Part shown: one piece after another, positions 1 to 12,276 of the stretch | How positions within the stretch are numbered: position 1 is the first letter of the stretch | Layout of the letters: each line of letters starts with the position of its first letter | NCBI GenBank assembly: GCA_028534125.1 | Contig: CM052840.1 | Coordinates: forward strand, 29,326,001-29,390,000 | DNA length: 64,000 nucleotides | Reading direction: 5' to 3' | Origin: Lama glama | Taxonomy: Eukaryota | Program-made: the position numbers and the translations under genes | Notes under the pieces: model-generated | Database searches by the model: none | Told to the model about the DNA's origin: nothing | What the model saw: only the letters and a program-made list of their open reading frames with translations

Positions 1-50
1 GGGCAAACTTGGACGCGTTGGGGTTGGTGGTGGGCCTGTGTCCAGGGGCC
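1..50 (-). CDS. CSRP1: CSRP1 exon 4, 5' part only (runs off the window)
   Basis: Minus strand ccccacacag|GGCCCCTGGA... Phase-2 junction gives (E)APGHRPTTNPNASKFA, the CSRP1 linker before LIM2. Phase matches exon 3. Confidence 0.96.
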
Positions 51-876
51 CTGTGTGGGGGAGGACGTGCAGTGAGATGACATCACAGCACGATGCGGGG
101 AGGGGGCGGCGAGCGGGTATGGGCACGACCCCGCCTCCGACTCGCCAGGCCGTGATCAGGATGGGCTGCTGGGCCTCCGGGGTCATCTCCACTTCACAGC
201 TGGACACACCAAGGGTCAGTCACTGCCTACACTGACCCCACACGTCCCTCAGACCCCAGGTTAGAACGCTGGAGCCGTGCAACCCTCTGTTTGCCAAGAA
301 CCGCCCTCCTCTGCCCGCCTCCTGCAGCCTGTCTACTGTGCCAGTGTTTCCGGGAGAAGTCAGCTGGCAAACCCGTCCACGGGGGCCAGGACCTTGGCTG
401 AAATGTGGGGACCCCTCCATCACTTCCATCCATCCCCCCGGGCTGAAGAGCTGGCCAGGCCGACCACCAGCACCCCCATTCACAGCAGGCCAGTGGTCAG
501 TGGGTGCTGTGGACCTAGTGACGCCCTGTGTGCTTCCAGGGACTAGACTGACTTCCCCGGAGCGGGGGTGAGTGGGGTCCGGCTGGCACACTCACTGGCT
601 GTGGCACCCAGCAAGTCACTGAGACTGGCTGGGTTTCCTCATCTGTGGAGAGAAGAGGCAGGACCCTGTAATTCTTGGGGTCCCTCCCAGCTCTGACGCC
701 CATGAAAAGAGAGGCTGCAGCTGCGTTCAGGGAAGAGCCAGCCTGTTCTAGTCCTGGCCCCTGACCCCTGCTGCTCCAGCTGGCCCGACACACAGTAGGT
801 GCTCCGTGCTCCGACCTTCCACACTGGGCGGGGGGTGGGGGATGGGGGTGGGGGAGGGGCGGGGCATTGGACTCAC

Positions 877-1045
877 TCCTCCTGCTTGATGCCCAGCGAC
901 TCCCCCCGGTCCATGCTCAGCGTGCCAGCGCCCTGCCCGTAGCCGTAGCCCTTGGGGCCATACTTCTTGCCGTAGCAGGACTTGCAGTAGATCTCCTCGC
1001 CATGCACGGCCACGGTGGTGCTGTCCAGATTCTTCTTGCAGACCA
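877..1045 (-). CDS. CSRP1: CSRP1 exon 3 (169 nt): second half of LIM1 plus Gly-rich region
   Basis: Acceptor cctacag|TG, donor GA|gtgagt. Translates (M)[55 protein letters not shown](E). Confidence 0.98.
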
Positions 1046-1835
1046 CTGTAGGGGGAGGAGGGGAGGACTGAGCCGGTGGGCCCTGCAAGCCCCCTGCCCG
1101 CTGCAGCAGAAGCTCTCTGGGGCTTTGCATACACAGCATCCTGGTCTTTCAGGAGCCTGGAAGTGGAGGTCAGGGGGCCAGGGCGCAGGAGGAGAGAGGA
1201 GGGGTCTAAGGGGGCTGGCTGAGCCCCTCTCCCAGGAGCCGCCTGGGCCCTCCTTGGTCCTCCCACCCGCAGCACTCCCTGCGTTGATCAGAGCCAACCT
1301 GACCCCAAGCCACGGGGAGCCAGCTGAGGGCCTTCACTCTGCCCTTGACAAAGAGACCACGTGTCTGACAGAAGAGGAGAGGGAAGGAAGGGAGGAAGGA
1401 AGACGGACAGGGTGTTCCCGGCCCCAGCAAGCAGCCCAGAGGGCCAGCCGTGCGCGCTCGAGGACAGGGGTGCAGGAGCAGCGAGGCACCCGGTGGGAAG
1501 GCCAGCATTCACTAAGCGCACAGCATGGTGGCCTTTGGGACGAGGTAGAGGCCACCTCCCACAGCCGTGCGAGGCCAAGTTTCTAATCTCAGAAATCACG
1601 TTGCCACAGGGGGAGCCGAAGTGGGACGCTGGGAGGAGTGTCCTGACTCCAGGGCTAAGAGGCAGAAACGGGGTAAACTAGGAAGGCCGTGGGCCAAGTG
1701 TGTCCTCCTGCGCTCTCCCATGGGGCCTGGGCCCAGAGCCCACCCGACTCCACCCCTTCCCGCGGGCGACCCGGACTGTGCCTTCCTAGCCTCTGCGTCC
1801 TCTGGGTGACGCAGACAGCAGGGGCGACCCCAGAA

Positions 1836-1925
1836 GTGGTTGTGAGAACTAAACGAGAGCTTGCGTGGGAAGTACTTAGCACAGCACCTGCACACAGTAG
1901 GCCACAGTAAATGTCAGCTCCTATC
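1836..1925 (+). mobile_element. MIR SINE fragment
   Basis: gttgtgagaactaaacgag...agtacttagcacagcacctgcacacagtagg resembles the MIR 3' half. Confidence 0.65.
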
Positions 1926-2212
1926 AGTATCACACAGAATTAGAGCCGTGGGAACACAACGGAGCGTTGGGGGTCAGGACTCAAGATCGTCTTATTAATT
2001 CTCTCTAGAGACTCAGCTTCCCCCGTTTCTTCCGGTCTTGTCCTCCAGTGCTAACAATCCTTAGAGACTGGGGTTCAGTGCCCCCCTCCTAGAGCACATC
2101 CTCAAACACGCCCTTCTGAAGACAGAGTCCTGGGGGAGTCCCTGTAGGAGCCGGCCTCTCCTCCCTGCAAGGAGGCACCCAGCTGAGCTCTGTGAAGCGT
2201 GCTGTCCCCTGG

Positions 2213-2409
2213 CCTTTAAAGGGCAGCTCTCTGCCCTCAGGGCCCAGGTTGGAGACTTCGGACTAAATAAGGACCCTCTGGCCCTGGCCCTGAGGTCCCC
2301 ACCTCACTCCAGCACTCGGTGGCCCAAATATGGACATTCTCGCCGCCTCCCCAGGGCTTTGCTCCAGGATGGAGGGACAGGAACAGCGGGCCAAGGACTC
2401 CAACATTCC
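2213..2409. promoter_or_regulatory. Intronic CArG (SRF) cluster, candidate muscle/serum-response enhancer
   Basis: CCTTTAAAGG 2213-2222, CTAAATAAGG 2263-2272 (1 mismatch), CCAAATATGG 2324-2333, and TEAD-type ACATTCC 2403-2409. Confidence 0.7.
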
Positions 2410-2835
2410 CTTCTAGGGCAGGAAGGCAGGGATGGGCCTGGAATTGCTTCCCCAAGTTGACCCAAGTTGAACTGGAAATTCCAAGACCAGGAGGGCGGAA
2501 AGTGAGAAGGAGTGGCTGGGGGACTGAGGTCTCCTTGGGCTGACTCCCCAAGCAGGAGGCCCAGGAGCTTAGGCCAGAGGAGACCCCAGGGTCTACAGTG
2601 ACACTTCGGATGGCTCCTCGGCGTGCCACTTAGGCCCTGACTTCAAGGGCCGAGACCTCCTTGCTGGTTTCTGCTCCACCTGCTCTCCCAGAGGCCCCAC
2701 CTCCACACCTTGCCCTGGCCAAGGCCCTCCACCCCTGGCCAGCCACGTAGCCTGGGCACCTGTGGGCTCCACCAAGGATTAAGGGGGATTTTGATGAAGG
2801 CCTAAATAAGTTTCTATCAAGTCATGTTAAGCAAA

Positions 2836-2860
2836 AACCAACCAACCAACCAACCAACCA
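2836..2860. repeat. (AACC)n microsatellite, about 6 units
   Basis: Direct reading. Confidence 0.9.
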
Positions 2861-4516
2861 CAAAACTCAGTTACAGGTTAGAGTGTACATTTGCTGGGAA
2901 AATGCGCTCCAGAGGCCGCAGGGAAGAGGCAGCCCCACGTGAGAGGTCAGGGCCCCGGAATCCCAAGCCCACAGAAAAGTTCAAGCTCGCAGAACCGGCC
3001 AGAAGCAGGGCCTGGCCAGGGCCCAGCGTGACTTCCAGGCCTGGTCCTTTTCCACCAGCCTGGGAGTCCTTCTGGGTGGACCAAGTGTGGGGCCAGGAGG
3101 GTGAAAATGCACCGAGCACCTTGGCCTGCAGGCGAGAGGACACTGGTGTCAGGGGCACCCGGGGGGGTTCTGTGAGGGTCCCCGGTGCTCCAGCAGAGAG
3201 TCCCACCACCCTGGGGGGGCTTTCTCACCGGCTGACCTTTCCCAGGACAGGGTTCTCACAGCTCAGAGAGGCAGCAGCCTTGGGCAGGTCCCCCGCGGAG
3301 CTGACCCTGCCCGCATCCTGCCTGTGGATGGGGACTGGCTGCCCTGCTCGGACCACTGGAGTGGACACTGCGGGCCAACAGGGCAGGGGCTGCTCCCGAT
3401 CTAGCCCGGGCCCCAGACGCGGGGACTCAGAGCCAAGGACTGGGGTGGTCAGAGGAATTTCTCTTGGGGAATCACCCGGGCCTGGCCAGCAAGGGGCCAA
3501 GGGGCTAAGGCCCCAATACTGCCCAGGCCCCAAGCCCTGCTGGCCTTTCTCCACCTTAGCAGGCAAAGTCCTTTGATTCTGAGGGTGATTCTGAATTCTC
3601 GAATTCTAGCTGGATACTTCTTCCCACCTCACCGAGAAAGAGAAGCCCCCTCCGTCCATTCATTAAACGAATCTGCACCCTGGTGCTGTCCTAGGACCCG
3701 AGAATCAGCAGGTGGTGGAGCGGCTCAGATTAGGCCAACACCCTTGAGCTCTGGGGCCCAGGAACCAGGAGGCCCCAGAGAGGCAGGAGGCTGCCCTCCC
3801 GCACCTCCCGCACCTCCACAGCCTGATCTCCCACAACTGTTGCTGATCCTCCACGACCCCACCCCACGCAGGCCTGCCCGTTCCTTCCTGCGCCCCCCAC
3901 CCCCTGCATTCCTGGCTTCCCTCCACTGCCAGACCAGCCGCCACACCAAGCAGAGCGGCGGGCCTCTCAGCACAGCTGGCCCTTTTCAGTCCACAGTCAA
4001 CGCAACCTCTGAGAGCAGGGAGGGGTCCCTGAGGCCAGCAGTCTGGGCCCTCTCCCCAGCCAGTGCCAAGCCCTCTGACTCCCTCTGAAAACATAAACGG
4101 CTTGAAAATTCCTGAGCGGAGCGAACTGCTGACCACGACACTGCCGGCTGCCTCCTCCTCCACGGGCCGGAAGCCAAGGGCTCCAGCAAAGTTCTTCCAC
4201 CACCCACATGGCGGACAGACGGACGGATGCAGCCCCCGGTCTGTCTCTGGGGCAGCCGGCAGGCTGTGTGGTGGGTGGAAGCTTCTGGCTGGTCCACCCA
4301 GCAGCAGGTAGACCAGCTGGACATTCAGGGAGCGGTGGCCCTTGGCCCATCTGGACTCTGCTCTGGAGCCCAGATGTCCTGGAAAAAACGCAGCCCCCCT
4401 GTCCCCACTCTGCTCGTGTGAAGCAGGGTGGACGGCCCGTTTCCTGGCAGGCTGGGATGTCAGTCCCTGGAGGTGTCCTGGAGTTACACCATCTTGCCTG
4501 CGGACCCTCAGCGTTT

Positions 4517-4540
4517 TGTGTGTGTGTGTGTGTGTGTGTG
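4517..4540. repeat. (TG)12 microsatellite
   Basis: Direct reading. Confidence 0.95.
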
Positions 4541-4554
4541 TCTGGGGAGTGGCC

Positions 4555-4775
4555 ATCATTTACTGAACACTCACAACTGCTCTAAGGGCTGTGTTTGTTT
4601 TCTGCGCCCCTTTCAGGTTATTCTCACAACCCCCGGCCCCATCCTCCACGAGGCAGGTGTCATTATCTCCCTGGTAATGTTGGGAAAACTCAACCAGAGA
4701 GAAACCAAATAACTGGCCCATCACCACACAGGTAACAGCAATGCACATTCAAACCCTGACCAACTGGTTCTGAAA
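4555..4775 (-). mobile_element. MIR SINE
   Basis: ctcacaacc...gggaaaactcaaccagagag...aataactggcccatcaccacacaggtaa...ttcaaaccc follows the antisense MIR core. Confidence 0.6.
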
Positions 4776-5748
4776 TAACACGTCTGGCCGCCTGCCACGC
4801 CGCCTGGACATGAGGAAAACGCAAGCTACCTCTTCCTCTAAGCCAGCCCGGGCTCTGTTTACAGGAAGCCCCATCATGCAGGAATCTGGGGGTCCCGGAG
4901 CCACCAGTTCCTGGGAGCTCTGAGCACAGGGCCCGGCCCAGGCGCCGGTCAGCGGAGCACCGAGGCCTCGGCATCCCCGGTCCACCCGATGGCGTGCGGC
5001 TCCCCGCTCACGGCTCCCTGCTGGTCCAGGCCGTGACCTACAGGAGCTAATGTCAGGGTGGGACGGGAAGGGAGGGAAGTGGGCCGCTGGCCGCAGGGGT
5101 CGGGGAGGGAGGGCCCAGCTCCTCCCAGACGCAGCTTCGCAGCCTCCCCGAGGCGGCTGCCTCCTTTACTGTGCAGCACCGCGTCAGGTTCAGGCGTCCA
5201 GCGCGGCGGCTCACACTGGTGAAGGCTGTGCCCGCCTGCAGTCGTTCTAAAGCTGGCGGCGTTCCCCGTGCTCACAAGCCATCCTTGCAGCCTCCCTATT
5301 TCACACGCAGTGGCTGGTGCCCCTTCACGCCCCACCCCCTCCCCTGCTAACCGCTGCTTTGTTCTCCTCATCTGGGGCGTCTGCTGCCTTTCAACAAGGG
5401 ACCGTCGGGTCCAGAGGCAGGTGCAACTGTGGGCTGAAGGTAAGCGTCTCCCTCTTAAATGATGGGGTCATGGCAGGGAGAGAAAGACGACTGGGGACTG
5501 GAAAGTTCTCCGGCCAAATCTTCGCCTTGGCTCCCAGCCCCAGAGCGTCTGCCACCGCCCCCAGCTCGGCCCCCAGAAAACAGCTTCTGAGGGAACAAAG
5601 AGGCCCTTAAGTGCCTCCCTCCCCAGCTGCCCTGCAGCCAAGAGTCAGGCTGTTCACATCCCGGGGCCACCTGGGGGCGGGGCCAGCCCTGGCGTTGACT
5701 GCCGGCGGCCGGTCCCCACGGCAACAGCAGGGCCTGGGGCGTACTCAC

Positions 5749-5860
5749 TGCACAGGAAGCAGGATTTGTGGAAGCTGCTGCCTTCGCACTGAACCTCTTC
5801 CGCGAAGTACACGGTCTTCTGGCACACCCCACACTTCTTGCCTCCTCCCCAGTTCGGCAT
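5749..5860 (-). CDS. CSRP1: CSRP1 exon 2 coding part (112 nt, start codon); the exon begins at 5861
   Basis: caatttcag|A ATG; translates [37 protein letters not shown]; donor A|gtgagt, phase 1, matching exon 3. Confidence 0.98.
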
Positions 5861-6261
5861 TCTGAAATTGGACCCAGAAAGGGGAATTAATTTTGCAGGG
5901 GGAGGGAAGCACGGGTTGCCCACAGGGCACCTCCTCCTGCGCGGGGCCCTGAGCGCGGCTGCCAGTCCCCTGCCAGGCGCTCCGAAGAAGCCAAACAAAC
6001 GTAAGACACAGGCTCCACAAAGAAGGCGCGAGGAGCAGCAAGCGGGAACCGTCCGCTCCGGGCGTCAACATGGGTGAATCTCAGAGATTAATTTGGAGCC
6101 AAAGAAGCAGATAAGCTAGAATTCACAAAACAGCTTACTTATGTCAGGTCCACAAGCAGGCAAAGTTCATACTGTCGAGGGACGAGCACACGAGCGGGAG
6201 CGTTTAGAGAAAGGCGGGGGTGATGAGCTCAGACTACTCTGGGGTTTGTCACCTCGAAGGC

Positions 6262-6425
6262 AGGCGGACAGCAGAGCGGTCCAGTTACATACGTACACAT
6301 GCATACATACGTAGATATGTTTTCTTTTCAGATTCTTTTCCATTATACGTTATTAGGGAAATTGAACATAGCTCCCTGTGCTGTATGGTAGGTCCTATAT
6401 GCTCTTTTGTATGTAAGACATAGTT
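6262..6425 (-). mobile_element. L1 3' end fragment (cetartiodactyl-type)
   Basis: tttcagattcttttccattatacgttatta...gaacatagctccctgtgctgtatggtaggtcct is the antisense L1 3'UTR. Confidence 0.75.
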
Positions 6426-6470
6426 CACCACAAGTACACTTTTTTTTAAGCAGGAGGCAGGCTCGCGGGA

Positions 6471-6648
6471 CACAGTTCTCAAGCTTTAGAGTCCATTAGA
6501 ATGTGGGGTTGGGGCTTGTGCAAAATCAGACTTTCTAGCGCCGCCCCGGACCTGATGAATCATGACTTCTGAGGATGAGGTACGACTTCTAACAAGCACC
6601 CCAGGTGCGTCTGAAGGAGGCAGCCTGGGACGGCGCTGAGATACTCTG
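6471..6648. mobile_element. MER5A-like hAT-Charlie DNA transposon relic
   Basis: Ends cagttctcaa...tgagatactctg; internal ttctaacaagcaccccaggtg; about 180 bp. Confidence 0.65.
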
Positions 6649-6669
6649 GGTGTTGGTTCTGAGCTGGGG

Positions 6670-6867
6670 TCCTGATGCCAGAGAGGCGTGGTCCCCTCCT
6701 GATGCGGCCGCTCACTGGTTGTGTGGCAAGGTGGTTGGACTTTCAGAACCTTGACTTCTGCCTCCGCAAAACGAGGATAAAAACTAAAGCTACTTCCTAG
6801 ATTACTTCTGGGGACTCAATGAGACACAGCATGTCAGAGGCACAGCACAGAGTAGAGTGAGTGTTCA
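6670..6867 (+). mobile_element. MIR SINE
   Basis: ctcactggttgtgtggcaag...ctccgcaaaacgaggataa...caatgagacacagcatgt follows the MIR core. Confidence 0.6.
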
Positions 6868-7276
6868 GGGATCTGGGATGATTATTAGAGCAGAAATCCA
6901 AGCCTGCCGGCACAGATATAAATGCCCAGAGAGCTCGGAGGTTGGGGAAGACCCACCTCAATCACCATGAACAGGGGCACGGCTGCAGGACCACAGCCTT
7001 CCGGCTCTTTGGACGGACGCACACAGGGGAAGGGATTTCACCGGACCACAGGCAGCTGTGGGTACAGCATGGTGATGCGGTGAGTATGGGGGACACAGGG
7101 GCTGGGAACCGGAGGGCGGCAGCTCCCCAGGACTTGTGTCATGAAAACGCTGAAAACGGGGATGGGGCCTCCAGAGCCCACCCTCCTGGTACAGGGTTGT
7201 GCCGGCAGTGAGACACCAAGGTCAAGGGCAGAGGGGCGTGGGCTTCACTGCTGGGGAGCCTCCCATCTGACGGCGG

Positions 7277-7816
7277 TGTAAGGAGAAACACCCGCCACCC
7301 CAAAATGTCTCTTAGGCAAATGTTTTCAAGCTGGAACCAATAGAGGCCAAAGACTTAGGAAGAAACTGTGACCTTCCCCACAACCGCCTAAAAAACGTAG
7401 ACAGAGGGCCTGTCGCCGAAGTAGAGTTATCACCAGAGATACTGGCAAAGAATACAGGCTGGCTGTGGTGGGGCACTCGGCAGTGCCGGGGGTCAGAGCC
7501 CACCCACCCCACTGTCCCTGAAGGCCTAGCCGACACGGCTCCACCACACGCCTGCTTTTCCGTCTCCATGCCAATTGCCTTCCTCCCCACTGAGGCCCCA
7601 GACCACTATCCCCAACATCCTCTTTTTGTCTTGAGCTGAAGACGGTATTTAAAGTGAGAGTTCCAGTCACTTTGGGGAATTCTTGGTTTTTCTGGGTCTC
7701 TCCCAAAGACACGTTATTAAACTTTGATTTTCTCCTGTTCATCTGGCTCATGTCTATCTAATTCTTTTCCAGCCAGAAGAACCTAGAAGGGTGGAGGGAA
7801 GTTACTCCTCCCGACA
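7277..7816 (+). mobile_element. ERV1-class solo LTR (MER34/MER39-like), antisense to CSRP1
   Basis: Begins TGTAAGGAG and ends CTCCCGACA (imperfect inverted termini); TATTTAAA 7646-7653; ATTAAA 7716-7721; 4-bp TSD gcgg/gtgg. Confidence 0.85.
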
Positions 7817-10800
7817 GTGGACACAGCTCACAGCTCAAGAAGAGGGTCCAGTCCAGGTTCACTACCAGGTCCCGGCGCCCTGTGCGCCCCTGGCACACAG
7901 GGGTTTGTTCAGGCGTCGGAGGAGCAGGATGCCCTAATCCCGGGACCAGCGTGCCCTCCATCCTGGCAGGGTCAGGGGCCAGCAGCAGGGCTCAGCGGCT
8001 GCGTGCGGGCCGGCAGCAGGGCTGCCCGTGCGGAAGTGGTGTTGGTGGCACTGGCTGCCGTGGACTCTGGGGCTGGACTGTCACCGAGACTATGGGAATC
8101 TCTGGCAAGGCTCTGTCAGAGCAGAGGAGACAGTCACACTCATTGCCTCTGCTCTGTCCTCCCACGCCCTGAAAGCTGGGGTTCCCTCTGGTCCCTCCCA
8201 CTCCCTTTTCCTGCGGTTCCGCTGCACCTACAGTCACCCCCTGCCGGGGACGTCCACGCGCCCCTGACCTTGACGTCTCCTCCAAGCCCAGGCTCAGGTG
8301 AGTATCTCACCTGGATGTCCCATGAGCACCTCGATTTCAGGAGTGACCTGAGCCCATGACCTTTTCTCTCTGACTTGTTCTTTTTCCTGACTTCTCCGTT
8401 TTGCTGCTGGAACCACAACCACTCTCTCCATCACTAAGGAGTCTTATCCCAACCCTAGAATGGGGAGCTCTTCCCCCCACCCCGCTCATGGGCACCTGCT
8501 CTGCGCTCCCCTTTACCGCTCACTCCACACTGTGGGGAGCCTGATGGTCGCTCCTCTCCTGGCCCCTTTCCCACCCACCAGATCTGCTCATCTTCCCTCG
8601 CCGGCCCACTACCACCCCCTTGAAGGGGACACCATGCTCCAATCCCCTTCTCCTTGGTAACCGCCCCAGTTTTCAGCCAGGGCATGTGGCCTGGACCTAA
8701 GCTGACCAGCCAAGGTGACCACCTACATTTTCAGGCCAATGAGACAGAAGGGAGTTCTGGGGGCTCTGAGAAAAAAACATCCCGATCTTTGGAGACAAGG
8801 TCCTGGAAGCAAGCTCCGCTGGCCCGAGTGAGGAGGGGGCAACGGGCTTCCGGGCTGTGGTTTCCAGGTCGGGGGCCCTTCCGGCCCAGGGTGAAGCCGA
8901 CAGTGGGGAGGGCAGAGCTCAGAGACAGAGGAAAGGGAGCCCCGGTGACATCACGGAGCCCCGGAATTAAGCCAGACCTAGGCTGGCTGTCTCCACATTC
9001 TCGTTAAACTAGCGAAAGGCCCTGGCTGTTTAAACCAGTTACTTTACAACTGAACGCATCCCCCAGAGGGCAAGTCTGGCCACCTGGCTCCTGAACTCCC
9101 CGCACGAATACAGCCCCGCCCCCGCCCACCTGCCAGTGACTCCCCGCTGCCTGGGAACAGCCCCAGCCTCAGAGCCTCCCCTCCTCCCCCAGCTCCGTCT
9201 CCTGCTCCAGCACCTCGCACGTCATTGGGGTTGGTGAGTTAATCGCTGTGTGGGGCCTGCGCAGACCCTCGTGGGAGAGGACAGCCGGCCCCAGTGCGGC
9301 CTGGCATGTGGGACGCCCTCAGCTGAAGCCCGTGCCTGGGGAGGGGGAGGCTGGACGGGCCATTGACTGCATAGGCCCAGCCTTCCCCTCCGGGGTCCTG
9401 GCCTGTCCACAGGCCCAGCCTTCTGCACGCCCTGACACCCCCTGCAGACAGGATTTCTCTCCCTCAGAAAACAACCCAGGGGCCTGAGCTCCCAGACCCC
9501 CGGGGCCAGCCCCCAACCCCAGCGTCTGATGCCCACCATTCCTCCAGCCCCTCTGCCCTGCTGAGCAAGAGCTCAGGGCTGCAAAACCCCACAGCGGGGG
9601 GGACAGTCCGGCAAGAAGAGCAGGGCATGCTGGTCTGCCTGACCGCTGACCACCTCCCCTCGTCCTCGCTGCAGGGCCCAGGTCCACGCGCGCAGCCACT
9701 GCTCCACAGAGCGACTTGCGTGGGGGGAGGGGGCATGCTCTGAGCCCGACACCCCAGAATTCCGGTCCCCTGCAGGGGCGTTTCGGGAACAGCCCCAACA
9801 TGTGAGGGGAGTACTGGGGGACATGCCACCGGCTCTGCCTCTGACAAGGCGGCCAGACGTGACCCCCAGAACCCTGGCCCCATGGCACCAGGAAGACAGC
9901 CCACCCTTGAGTCTGTGGGCCTAATGTGTGCTGGACAGTCTACAAACACCAGCCCACTGTTCCTCAGCCCCTGGAGGTAGGGGACACGTCCACCACACGG
10001 ACGAGGGAACAGGCCTGGGGAGGCCGGGCCACTCGCTTGCAATCACGGGACTGGAGGAGGCCGAACTGGGTCCAGCGTGGCTGGGCCACCCCAACTGCCA
10101 TCGTGTTGGGGGCTGCACTTGGGAGGCCTCAGGAGGGTAGCGCTCCTCCCTCACCTCGCTCTCCTCCCCCTCCCCCAGCCCGCAGAGGACGTCCTCCAGC
10201 CCTCAGGACACCCCTCCAGGAGGAGGGTACCCCGACCACGTGGTGGGCAGTGCTTTGTTCCCAGACACAGAAGCCCTTCTGCCTGGGGGGGAACCCACAG
10301 TGACAACAGGCTGCCTTTGTTTCCTGTGGCTCCGTGTCCGTGTCTGGGGCTGACATCCAGCAGGGCCCAGGGAGTGGGCAGGCAAAATCTGCCCAGGACA
10401 CCTCTGCGTGGGCCACTCCTGAGCCAGGCCCCGTGGTGGGAGTCTCCCTTTCGGAGCCCAGAGAGGGAACGAGGGCTCGGTACTTTGGGGGAAAGTGACC
10501 ATGTCCACTGCCAGGAGGTTCCCAGGCAGCCCGGGGCTCCTCTCTCCCCTGCCCATGTGAGGACCCCTGCAGGGGACCTGCCTGGGGGGGTCTCAGCCTG
10601 GGGAGCCCTGGCCACCTCCTTCCTGCAGTGGGGGCGGGGGCTGCTCTCACGCCACCCCTCCTTTCTGTCCAGCATCTCTTCTCAACAGCCAGGGTCTGGC
10701 TGGCAGGCCAGACTGCCTTAAAAGGAAGCCTGCTTCTCAGGCCTCCTGCAGAGCTGGGGTGGGGGGCGGGGTGCTGGGCTCCTTCTCAGGCCCTGCAGGA

Positions 10801-12276
10801 GACAGGGGGAAAGACTTCCCTAGGTCAGAGCTCAGAGGTCAGGAAAATAGGATCCAGACGCATCTCTCCCGGCCGACCCGACCGACCTGGGGAAGTTGCT
10901 TCCCTCCCTGGGCCACGGTCTGCTTGTCTCCAAATCGGACCATCCCCTGCCGCCCTAAGCTGCTGTCCTGAGGATCAGATGAGAAGGTGTGAAGGTCGGC
11001 CCAGGGCCTGGCACCCCCGAGGTGCTCACTCCTGACTGCCAGGCCTGGCGTCACTAGGCCGACCCTCTCCTGCCAGATGTGGGGCCAGACGGCCCCTCTC
11101 CTGCCCAGCCAGGCCACGCCCGGGAGGAGCAGGGCTTGGGACGTAGCCAGCCAAAGAGGGGCTGGGACTCCCTGCCTTCTCCGTGGGCCCAGAGAAGGAG
11201 GGGGACCGGGCCCTCCCTCCTTTGGGGTTTAGTCCCCCAGACGGAGCCTTGTCTTGATGTCACACCCATTTGTGTTTTGCTCTGGGTGACCAGGCTCCTG
11301 TGGTCACACCAGCCGCCTAGGGGTTTGTGGCGGGTCCCCTGCAGAGTCCAGGTTTGTCCTACTTCGTGCTGTTGATCATCTCAACAGAGGCCAGGCTGAA
11401 TGGCTGGAAACGTCTGGCCAGCTATTCACCTGAGATGTCAGGACTGCCAGGGCCGGCTGGACCTAGAAGCCCAGGACGGTCTTTCCCGGCCAGTGGCTAG
11501 CTCGGTCTGCTGTCCCTCCTTCCTGTCCGGTTGTTGCATGAACAGCTCCTTCCAGACCCTCTGTCTTGAGAGCAGAGACCCAAGACCGGGCTCCCATGCA
11601 GCAGAGTACGGGGCAGACGCAGACCAAGACTCCCACGTTCACTCTGCATGGCCTGGAAGTCAGGCTGAGGTGTCAGGTCCGGTGTGGTCATGTCTCAAGT
11701 TTAAGAAACCATCTCTGGGATGTTCAGACCTCAACTGCTGCCTACCAGCGTCTAAGGGACAGTTCCCTCCCTTCTTATCAGTGGTTTGACCTGACAAACC
11801 ACTCTGTGCCTTTATTTCTCCAGTGGAAAAGCCCCATGTCTCCCATTCCGCAACCCCTTGTTCCCCGGGGGCAGAAAGCTCAGGTCCTCACCCACTGGGG
11901 CTGCTAGAGACCTGCCAGGTGTTTGTCTACGTAGCATTACCTGGCCGTGTGGCATCTGGCCAGGTACCCAGGGGAGCTGTCATCCTTCCCGACTGGCAGC
12001 TCAGCCTCCTCCTCCACCCCCCACATCAGGAGGGCAGCCAAGGAGAAAGCGAGGGGGAGCCCTGCTGCTCAGGGCTGGAGGTGACACCGGAGAGCCCAGG
12101 AAACAGTCCTCCTCTGAGAGTAACTCCCTGGCGGGGGGACGAGGGGCCGACGCAGGGGTACAAGCCCTGCACGTGACGCAGCCTCTCTGTGAAGCACCAC
12201 TGCGCCACGACCCCTCTGGACCCCACGCCCCAGACCTGACTGTCATTCGGGATCGCTCTCTCTCCCGCTCTGTACG

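Noticed and set aside
5654-5998. ORF-track calls 5654-5998 and 873-1139 as whole proteins
   Set aside because: They are CSRP1 exons 2 and 3 plus intronic read-through; the splice sites define the true limits.
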